Of a DNA stretch of 64,000 nucleotides, positions 48,505-56,303 are shown piece by piece. The DNA lies in contig OZ243956.1 in assembly GCA_965214405.1 (NCBI GenBank), positions 1,760,001 through 1,824,000 on the forward strand, read 5' to 3'. Source of the stretch: Trueperaceae bacterium. Lineage in GTDB: Bacteria > Deinococcota > Deinococci > Deinococcales > Trueperaceae. Numbering within the stretch: the first letter of the stretch is position 1; each line of letters begins with the position of its first letter. A program made the position numbers and the translations under genes. The notes beneath the pieces were generated by a model. It ran no database searches. It saw nothing but the letters and a program-made list of their open reading frames with translations, and was not told the origin of the DNA.

Positions 48505-49865
48505 ACGTGGCGCACACGAGCCGCATGAGACACCTGCGCAACATGCGCTTCTGGCTCGTGCCCGGCATGGGCGTCAAACGTCACGTGGGACTTGCGGTGG
48601 TGGGCGCGCTGCTTTTTGTCGGGGGCGTGACCGGGCTCCTGCTTTGGGGCCTGCAGGACGAGCGGCGGGTGCTGTGGAGACCGCTCGAGACCTTCATGCT
48701 GAGTAGCCCCTGGGAACGCTTCGGCGGCTGGGGCTCGCTCCTCGTGGCCGTGATTGGCGTCGGCGTAGCGGTCGCCGCCCTGGGACGCCTCAACCGCTCC
48801 TTGTTGGCCCACTGGATGCCCCAGCCCCGCGAGGCCGCCGCGGTGCTCCACCACCGCTTGTCGCTCGCGCGGGGACCGCGCATCGTCGCGTTTGGCGGGG
48901 GCACGGGTTTATCCAACCTCTTACGGGGCTTACGCGACTATTCTTCAAACCTTACCGCGGTGGTGGCCGTGTCGGACGACGGCGGCTCCTCGGGCCGCTT
49001 GCGCGACGCCTTTGGGATGCCCGCCCCGGGTGACTTGACCGACTGCCTGGCCGCCCTGTCGGACCATGAATCGCAGGTGAGTCGGCTGCTCGAGTACCGC
49101 TTCGAGCGCGGCGGCGACCTTGCCGGGCACACCTTTGGCAACCTCCTTATCACGACCTTGACCGAGGTCGAGGGCGACTTTGCGGCGGCGATCCGCGCGC
49201 TCAACCGGCTCCTCAACTTGACCGGCGCCGTCTACCCGATGACCGCCGAGCCGGTCTCGCTGCGGGTGGTGAAGCGTTCGGGCGAGGAGATCGCGGGCGA
49301 GAGCCGCGTCCGCGAGGCCGCGGGCGCGAGTCAGCGGGTGGTGCTCGAGCCCCCCCGGCCCGCCGCCCTACGCGAGGTCTTGCGCGCGGTGGCCGCGGCC
49401 GACCTTATCGTGCTGGGTCCCGGTAGCTTATTCACAAGCACGCTGCCCCCCCTGCTCGTGCCCGGCACGCGGCGCGCGCTCCTCCAGACGAAAGCCCCGC
49501 TCGTCTACGTGTGCAACATCATGACCGAGGCGGGCGAAACGGACGGCTTTAGCGCCTGGGACCATATCGAAGGGTTGCGCGCTCACTTGGGCCGCTACCC
49601 CGACTGGGTGGTCGTCAACACGCGCCCGGTCGACGAGGCGCGCCTCGAGCGCTACCGGCAAGAAGGCGCGGAGGTCGTCACGTGGGACGCGGCCCCCTTC
49701 GCGCGAGCGGGCGTCAACGTGGCGCACCTAGACCTCTTGAGCGACGGCCCGCACGCCCAGCACGATTCCGCCGGGCTCGCCCGCTGGCTCGCGCGCCACG
49801 CGCAAAGGCAAGCTCAGACCAAGGCTCAAACCCAAACGCCAACCGACCTCCTGGAGACCGCATGA
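48501..49865 (+). CDS. yvcK: YvcK/GlmR (CofD-like, UDP-GlcNAc-binding) protein with N-terminal TM segments
   Basis: GGGTGLSNLLRGL, DDGGSSGRLR, GHTFGNL, GPGSLFTS and NIMTEAGET. Confidence 0.92.
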   Translation: MNVAHTSRMRHLRNMRFWLVPGMGVKRHVGLAVVGALLFVGGVTGLLLWGLQDERRVLWRPLETFMLSSPWERFGGWGSLLVAVIGVGVAVAALGRLNRSLLAHWMPQPREAAAVLHHRLSLARGPRIVAFGGGTGLSNLLRGLRDYSSNLTAVVAVSDDGGSSGRLRDAFGMPAPGDLTDCLAALSDHESQVSRLLEYRFERGGDLAGHTFGNLLITTLTEVEGDFAAAIRALNRLLNLTGAVYPMTAEPVSLRVVKRSGEEIAGESRVREAAGASQRVVLEPPRPAALREVLRAVAAADLIVLGPGSLFTSTLPPLLVPGTRRALLQTKAPLVYVCNIMTEAGETDGFSAWDHIEGLRAHLGRYPDWVVVNTRPVDEARLERYRQEGAEVVTWDAAPFARAGVNVAHLDLLSDGPHAQHDSAGLARWLARHAQRQAQTKAQTQTPTDLLETA

Positions 49866-51208
49866 CCGCCCCATCCCCCTTCAAACCTCTCATCTTTTTG
49901 GTCTTGCTGACGCTGCTGTGGGCACTTCCGTCAGTCGCTTTGGCGGTCACGCTGCCCGACCCCACGGGCGACGCCGTCGGCAACGGCAGCTTGGCCTTAC
50001 CGACGGCCCCCGTGTACCGCAGAAACGCGTTCGACCTGCTTAGTGTGGCGGTGCCTGACGCGCCCGACCTGCTCCTCGACGTGACGATGGCGAGCCTTGA
50101 CAATCCCTGGCGGCTGCCCAACGGTTTTTCGCTTCCCGTCATCGAAATTTATCTGGACACGGCTGATGACGCAGGACAAACCGAGCTTCTTTACGGCGAG
50201 GCGGGCTCGAGGATGAGCCTGCCCGCGGGCGTCGCTTGGGACTACGCGTTTTACGTTACCGGCGACGCCTTCCGGGTTTTCTCGGGCGAGACCGGGGAGC
50301 CTGTGGACGTGACTCGGAGCGTGGGCGCGACGGTAGCGCGCGAGGGCAACACGCTTCACCTCACCACCCGCCTGCCCCGTCCGGCTCGAGAGGATATATA
50401 CGCCATAGTCGGCTCGTACGACCCGCTGACCGAGAGCGGCTGGCGGCCCGTGACCCGCACGCCCTCGCCCGGCACGCTCTCGAGCCCCACCCAGGTGGTG
50501 CGCGCGGTCGACGTGCTTGCCGAGACGCTCGAGGCGCAAGAGGGCGCGATAAGCAGCGGCGTGCTGCCCCGCCCCGCGCGGCGCGGGGCGCGAAACAGCG
50601 GCTGGCTTCTGCTGAGCGCCGCGGGCCTCTTGCTGAGCCTCGTGGGCATCGGCCTCCGCGTGCGGATGCGCGCGCCGCGAAAATCCGTGCTGCTTACAGA
50701 AGCACCCACCCGCGTGCGGGAGGAAAATTACACAGAAGAAATTGAAGCCGAAGAGGTTGAAGCCGCGCCCAAACGTGTACCCTACGAAGCCCCGCCCAAA
50801 AACCCTGCACCTCAGAGATATACGACGGTTCCCCTTGAAACGCCCGATCCTCCCGTCACGCCGCCCCCGCCAGCACCTGAACCTGCGAAGAGCATTCCGG
50901 TGCTCGAGCTTCCCCTCTACAAGCCGACGATTGTCGGCGCTTCCTCCGGAGCCTCTGCCAACGTCCCTGCCGAAGCTTCTCGGCAGTCGAATCCTACGCC
51001 CGTTGAGGATGCGTCACGAGAACAAGGTGAGGCGCCAGAGGCGTCTGAGTCACCCGCTGTGCATGTTCCTACGGCCCTCCATCTACCTCGCCACGACGCG
51101 CCGCCCGACCGCTTAGGCGCGTTTGGCGCGACGCTGGACGAGTCACCCGACAGCGACTGGCGTATCTGGTCCACCGGCCCCGGCGACGCCAAAGCGCGTG
51201 ACAAATAA
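49862..51208 (+). CDS. Glucodextranase C-terminal (DOMON-like) domain protein with TM and Pro/Glu-rich tail
   Basis: DPTGDAVGNG, DNPWRLPNGFSLPVIEIYLD and VGSYDP; ATGA overlap with yvcK. Confidence 0.7.
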   Translation: MTAPSPFKPLIFLVLLTLLWALPSVALAVTLPDPTGDAVGNGSLALPTAPVYRRNAFDLLSVAVPDAPDLLLDVTMASLDNPWRLPNGFSLPVIEIYLDTADDAGQTELLYGEAGSRMSLPAGVAWDYAFYVTGDAFRVFSGETGEPVDVTRSVGATVAREGNTLHLTTRLPRPAREDIYAIVGSYDPLTESGWRPVTRTPSPGTLSSPTQVVRAVDVLAETLEAQEGAISSGVLPRPARRGARNSGWLLLSAAGLLLSLVGIGLRVRMRAPRKSVLLTEAPTRVREENYTEEIEAEEVEAAPKRVPYEAPPKNPAPQRYTTVPLETPDPPVTPPPPAPEPAKSIPVLELPLYKPTIVGASSGASANVPAEASRQSNPTPVEDASREQGEAPEASESPAVHVPTALHLPRHDAPPDRLGAFGATLDESPDSDWRIWSTGPGDAKARDK

Positions 51209-51427
51209 AGAAAAGAGTGAAGAAGGGGTGAAGCGTGCGTAAAATAGCAGACTGAACGCCGCGTGTGCTCTTCTATACTGGAGGCGTCAGAGCTCTTTAT
51301 GAACATATCCACATTTGGCAACCTTAGCAAAGCGTATAAGAGAGTACAAAAAGCTGTTAATACCACAAGTGGGCACCACAACGCGTAGAAACCTACAAAG
51401 TAGAAACATAGAGAATGGAGGACGAGT

Positions 51428-52939
51428 ATGAAAGTCAACAGGTGGACGGCAAGCGCGCTCGCAACACTCGCAATGGGTGTACTAATGCTCGTGGGCAGGA
51501 CGTTTTTTACCGCGCCGCTACCCCCGGAAATGCTCTTCAACTTTACCGCGCGCTTTCTCGGGGTGCCCTGGGTTTTTAACCTTATCCACAGTTTACCCGG
51601 CGGCGTCGACGCTTACGCCAAATATGTTCTTTTTGGAACGACGGTCGTTATCTTTTTGGCAGCGTGGTTCGTTTTCGGCGGCTTCTATCCCGCGTTGCGC
51701 CGCAGGCTCGGCGCGTGGGGCGCGGACACGTTCTACGTCGTTGTAAACTCTCTTCTCACCGGGTTGGTGCTTTTACCGATCCAGGGCTTGGGGCTTTTTG
51801 GGCTTTCGCCCAACAATTACCAGTACCCGCCGCTCGCGTCAATCTTGTGGTCGGCGGCGTTCGGGCTCGTTTTTGCCGCCACGCTGCACCTGCTTCACGT
51901 TCGCCGGGCGCACGTCTACCGCCCCGAGCGGCGCGAGAGCTTACGCACCATCGCGGTGGGCGCGGCTTTGCTGGGCGGCGCGGCGGTTTTTGGTCGCACG
52001 CTGCTCGCCACGGCGGCGCGGGCGCAGAGTGCTGTGACCGGACTTGCCGACAAGTTTACCGCCGCCATCTCGCCGTACATCACGCCCGTACCGGCGCACT
52101 ATGTTGTTTCTAAAAACGTGATTAACCCTTCTGTGCCCGAGGAGCGCTGGTCGCTCCAGATTACGGGCATGGTGGACAACCCGCTCACGCTCTCTCTATC
52201 AGACCTCCAAGCCTTGGAGACCGTCGAGCGCCCGAGCACGCTCATGTGCATTTCGAACCCCGTCGGGGGCGACCTTATTGGTAACAGCGTGTGGACCGGC
52301 GTCCAGTTGAGCACGCTGCTGGCGCAAGCGGGGGTTCAGGCGGGCGCGACCGAACTGATTCTACGCGCCGCCGACAACTACGCCGACTCTTTTCCCATCG
52401 AGGCCGCGATGGCCGACGGGACGATTGTCGCCTTTTTGCAAAACGGCGAGCCCCTGACGCGCGACCACGGCTTTCCGGCGCGCGTGCTCGTCCCCGGCAT
52501 CTACGGCATGAAAAACGTGAAGTGGGTAACCGAGATTGAGCTCGTCAACACCGACTTTATGGGCTACTGGCAGACGCGCGGCTGGAGCGACACGGCCATT
52601 GTCCGCACGATGAGCCGCATCGACACCGGCGAGGCCGTTCGTTTGGACGACGGCACGGTGGCGGTCGGCGGGGTCGCGTTTGCGGGGCTGCGGGGCGTCC
52701 AGGGGGTTGAAGTTTCCGTGGACGGCGGTGACACCTGGCAAGAAGCGCAGGTCGCGCCCGCGGTCAACGGCCTCACCTGGAACCTCTGGGGCTTTTCCTG
52801 GAACGCCGAACCCGGCTCTTACGAGGTGCTGGTGCGCGCTACCGACGGCACCGGCGAGACCCAGACCGCCGAGCGCAGCCGCCCGCTGCCCGACGGCGCG
52901 TCGGGCTACCACAGCGTGACGGTGCGCGTAAGCGGCTAG
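51428..52939 (+). CDS. Membrane-anchored molybdopterin oxidoreductase (sulfite oxidase family)
   Basis: LMCISNPVGG, WTGV, NGEPLTRDHGFPAR, GIYGMKNVKW, GYWQTRGW and a C-terminal Ig-like domain. Confidence 0.9.
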   Translation: MKVNRWTASALATLAMGVLMLVGRTFFTAPLPPEMLFNFTARFLGVPWVFNLIHSLPGGVDAYAKYVLFGTTVVIFLAAWFVFGGFYPALRRRLGAWGADTFYVVVNSLLTGLVLLPIQGLGLFGLSPNNYQYPPLASILWSAAFGLVFAATLHLLHVRRAHVYRPERRESLRTIAVGAALLGGAAVFGRTLLATAARAQSAVTGLADKFTAAISPYITPVPAHYVVSKNVINPSVPEERWSLQITGMVDNPLTLSLSDLQALETVERPSTLMCISNPVGGDLIGNSVWTGVQLSTLLAQAGVQAGATELILRAADNYADSFPIEAAMADGTIVAFLQNGEPLTRDHGFPARVLVPGIYGMKNVKWVTEIELVNTDFMGYWQTRGWSDTAIVRTMSRIDTGEAVRLDDGTVAVGGVAFAGLRGVQGVEVSVDGGDTWQEAQVAPAVNGLTWNLWGFSWNAEPGSYEVLVRATDGTGETQTAERSRPLPDGASGYHSVTVRVSG

Positions 52940-52987
52940 TTTTTTCAGGCAATGAGCTAAAAGCTTAACCTCAAAATCTTAGTCAGA

Positions 52988-53024
52988 GAACGGCTCGAGC
53001 TTTCGACTCGAGCCGTTCCTTTCT
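52988..53024. terminator. Terminator hairpin between convergent genes
   Basis: GAACGGCTCGAG-ctttcga-CTCGAGCCGTTC followed by CTTTCT. Confidence 0.7.
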
Positions 53025-53128
53025 ATCCTTATAAACCCAACATATGACCCAGAGGTTGCGAGAGGCCGCCCGCCTGCAAAAGCCACGCTTATTCGCTGGT
53101 TACTTGCTGCGGCACCCGCCCCCGCTAG

Positions 53129-54469
53129 CTACCCTGGGCGTGCGTCAGCCTCTCGGACGCTGAGACTGAGAACTGAGGCTGTGGGAACGTCGGCTGTACG
53201 AACGTCATCTGCGTGAACTGTGTGGACGTCGGCACCCAGAGCGCAGAGGCGCTGGGCGATTCTCTCATAACCGCGCTCGATATATTCAACGCCGGTAATC
53301 GTCGAACTCCCCGAGGCCGCGAGCGCGGCGACTAGAAGCGCGCCCCCCGCGCGGATATCGGCGGCGTGCAGGTTAGCGCCCCGCAACGGGCCGCCTTCGA
53401 TGGACAGCGTGCTGTCACAGAGCCCAAGACCCGCGCCCATTTTGGAGAGTTCGCTCACGTGGGTAAAGCGGTCGGGGTAAACGTGGTCCGACACGGTGGA
53501 GACGCCGGGAACGGTCGCCAAAAAAGCGCTAAAGGGAGCTTGTAAGTCGGTCGGGATGCCGGGGTAGGGGGTGGCGGTAAACTCGGTGGGCTTTAGAGGA
53601 CCGGACGCGTCAACTAAAAGCGTGTGATGGTCGGTTTCCAAGACCGTCACGCCCGTTTCGACGAGCTTGCCGATCACCGCGCGCAGGTGGTCGGGGTTGA
53701 CGCCTTGCAGCGTGACGCGGCCCCTGGTGGCCGCCGCCGCGAGCATCAGCGTGCCCGCTTCGATGCGGTCGGCCAGCGGGCGATAGACGACGCCGTGAAG
53801 GCGTTCCACGCCCCAAATCTCGATGGTGGCGCTTCCCGCGCCCGAGACTCTGGCCCCCATCTGGTTGAGCATGACGGCCAAGTCGGCGATTTCGGGCTCG
53901 AGCGCCGCCCCCTCGATGACCACATGCCCCTTGCCCAACGCGCTCGCCAGAATCACGTTTTGCGTGCCGCCGACGGTGGGGACGTCAAAGACCACCCGCC
54001 CCGAAAGAGGCCGGGCGCGGCAGGCGTAAAAGTCTCCGCCGGTTTCGCTCAATACGACGCCCAAGTCGCGGAACGCTTTGATGTGCCGGTCGACCGGGCG
54101 CGGCCCAAAGGCGCAGCCCCCCGGCATCGAGATGCGCGCCTCGCCGCAACGGCCCAAAAGCGCACCCATCGCCACGAAGCTCGCGCGCATCTTGCTCACT
54201 AAGCCGTAGGGCGCGTCGCAGTCGGTGAGTTCGCGCGCGTGAATGTGGAGGTCGTGACCCTCCCAAAAAACCTGCGCGCCAAAGTGCGTGAGCATCTCGC
54301 ACATCACGCCCACGTCGCTGAGCCGCGGCACGTCCTGTAAGACGACCTCTTCATCGGTCAGGAGCGCCGCGAGGATGAGATAAAGCGCCGAATTTTTCGC
54401 GGTGTGGACCTCTAGGGCTCCTGCTAAGGGACGGCCGCCGGTAACGAAAAGCGCATCATGATGGGTCAT
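53129..54469 (-). CDS. murA: UDP-N-acetylglucosamine 1-carboxyvinyltransferase
   Basis: AKNSAL, KMRASF, PGGCAFGPRPVDRH, EPEIADLA, DRIEAGT, PTDLQA and DIRAG. Confidence 0.95.
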   Translation of the reverse strand: MTHHDALFVTGGRPLAGALEVHTAKNSALYLILAALLTDEEVVLQDVPRLSDVGVMCEMLTHFGAQVFWEGHDLHIHARELTDCDAPYGLVSKMRASFVAMGALLGRCGEARISMPGGCAFGPRPVDRHIKAFRDLGVVLSETGGDFYACRARPLSGRVVFDVPTVGGTQNVILASALGKGHVVIEGAALEPEIADLAVMLNQMGARVSGAGSATIEIWGVERLHGVVYRPLADRIEAGTLMLAAAATRGRVTLQGVNPDHLRAVIGKLVETGVTVLETDHHTLLVDASGPLKPTEFTATPYPGIPTDLQAPFSAFLATVPGVSTVSDHVYPDRFTHVSELSKMGAGLGLCDSTLSIEGGPLRGANLHAADIRAGGALLVAALAASGSSTITGVEYIERGYERIAQRLCALGADVHTVHADDVRTADVPTASVLSLSVREADARPG

Positions 54470-54943
54470 AACTTCCTCTGTTCTACGGCAAATGGTGGCT
54501 GCTCACTGTGCAAGATTCGACAGCACCAAGGCGAATGTGTCTTTTCCAACGAGCCGCACGTTTATCTCGCGGTTCGGTCGCAAACCTGTTGCTCATAAAA
54601 TATACTACATTTACACAACTTACACATCTTTAGTCTACGCATGTGGTAGAGTGTTGTCAAGTTCCGGCGTGTGAGGTGGTGTTCACCCAGTGTTAACGCG
54701 ACACCGGGAACCACAAAAAGCTGAGAAAGCGTACCAAACCTACGCTCGAGCCGATGTACAGATAAGGATGTACAGATAAAAAAATAGGTAGAACAGCCGG
54801 TAGAGCGTCACAGGACACGGTCGGTAGGGTGAGTCTGAAACCAAAGGTGAGGCTAAAGGTGAGACTCGAGCACGGGAAACAGGGTTGAGCAAGACTGACT
54901 TATCAAAACCCAGAAAGCTTGTCAAAGCCAAAGGAGGCGTGCG

Positions 54944-55150
54944 GTGCCAAAACGCGAGAAGAGCAAAAGGTTACAGGTCGTCATCACCGAAGAGCAGGAT
55001 TCTTTACTCACCAAAACGGCCTACCAGCTTTCCAACCCCGAACGCATCTATTCAAAGTCGGAGGTGGTGCGTATGGGCATTGAACTCCTCACTCGCGCCG
55101 TCGAGGAGGGAAAGTTGGACCCCAAGGTGCTCGAGTCGTTGGAGGAGTGA
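54944..55150 (+). CDS. Small putative ribbon-helix-helix transcriptional regulator
   Basis: KRLQVVITEEQDSLL...SKSEVVRMGIE; AGGAGG RBS. Confidence 0.75.
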   Translation: MPKREKSKRLQVVITEEQDSLLTKTAYQLSNPERIYSKSEVVRMGIELLTRAVEEGKLDPKVLESLEE

Positions 55151-55284
55151 ATCTGCGGAGTGAGCCCCCAAGGTTGCCCGCGCTTGCACCGTCGGAATTG
55201 CTTTGAAGGTGCAGCAAGGGTGCAGCAACCGAAGAAGAGAACATAGCTCCCGCAAAACCTCACCTAGAACATGGTCTACATGCG

Positions 55285-55313
55285 TTGACCTTTTTACGAC
55301 AGTCTGTCATACT
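55285..55313 (+). promoter_or_regulatory. Sigma70-type promoter with an overlapping palindromic operator for the TA operon
   Basis: TTGACC-17 nt-CATACT; TAcGACAG-t-CTGTCaTA palindrome across the spacer and -10. Confidence 0.6.
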
Positions 55314-55340
55314 AAAAGAGTCAGATTGTCGAGGTGGGCT

Positions 55341-55688
55341 ATGGCTGTTGTACAAAGTCAGGACTACGAACTTATCACCGAATTGAGTCAGGACCTCCAG
55401 GTGAGCGTCAAGCAGGTTGGGGAGCTCTTGTCCATTCACCCTCGCACCTTGCAACGCCGTCAGGAAGGCGGCAGGCTCGAGGAGGCTGAAAGGCTCAAGG
55501 CGCAGATGTTGCGTGAAGTTTTTACTTTTGCGACGACCGCCTTTGGAAGCGCGGAAAAAGCGAGAACGTGGCTGTTTTCAGAACTCGCCGCGCTCAAGTT
55601 TAGACGCCCCGTAGATTGTCTTGGCACCCTCGAGGGGTACGAGCGGGTCAAAACGATGTTGGGACACATCATCTTCGGCGTATATTAG
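55341..55688 (+). CDS. Xre/MbcA/ParS-family antitoxin
   Basis: HTH-like IHPRTLQRR; AFGSAEKARTWL..L...RP..L....GYERV..L..I.FGVY. Confidence 0.88.
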   Translation: MAVVQSQDYELITELSQDLQVSVKQVGELLSIHPRTLQRRQEGGRLEEAERLKAQMLREVFTFATTAFGSAEKARTWLFSELAALKFRRPVDCLGTLEGYERVKTMLGHIIFGVY

Positions 55689-56174
55689 GTGCGAGTTTGG
55701 CGACTGATTGACCCCAGAGCGAGTTACGCGTTACAGGCTGACTTTGACCCTTTAGACGGTAGGGGCGCGGCACTCTATCCGAGCCGCTGGAACCAACCAG
55801 GGGTGCATCTGGTCTACGCCTCACAGTCACCGGAACTGGCGATGCTCGAGCTTCTCACCAAGGTGACTCCGACAACTTTCGGACTGCGACTCGCGTTAGA
55901 AGTCGAGGTGCCGGAGGGGGCTGGGGTTCAAGACGCCGCACCCACAATGCTCAAGCATCTCTTACACGGTGAGATGAGCAGTACCCAGGCGTACGGAAGC
56001 CGCTGGGTCGCCGAGGGGCGCAACCTCGTTCTCGAGGTGCCTTCGGCGGTGTTACCTGTGTCTTCAAACTATCTCATCAACCCGCGCCACCCGCAAGCAA
56101 AGCAACTCAGGGTGGTTCGGCAGGTTGAGGTGAGCCTGGACCCAAGGCTGACAAGGTCGTTTTACGAGACCTAA
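55689..56174 (+). CDS. RES-domain toxin (MbcT/ParT-like)
   Basis: VWRL, GRGAALYPSRWN, YASQSPELAMLE, VPSAV and NYLINPRH. Confidence 0.9.
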   Translation: MRVWRLIDPRASYALQADFDPLDGRGAALYPSRWNQPGVHLVYASQSPELAMLELLTKVTPTTFGLRLALEVEVPEGAGVQDAAPTMLKHLLHGEMSSTQAYGSRWVAEGRNLVLEVPSAVLPVSSNYLINPRHPQAKQLRVVRQVEVSLDPRLTRSFYET

Positions 56175-56303
56175 ACGCCCGCCTATGTGAAAGCGTCTAC
56201 CGGCTCCCGCCAAAGGCGTTTGGCGCTCTCGAGCGCACCTGTTCAACACCGCACCGCGTCAGCTCGCTCACCGTTCGGTACGCGCCCAGTTTATACTCTA
56301 AGG

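Noticed and set aside
20522..56303. Long N-terminal extensions in the ORF track for proS, the M20 peptidase, TPR 41148, GNAT, SPOR, the antitoxin and the kinase
   Set aside because: Downstream starts agree better with family N-termini and with the -10 box or SD positions.
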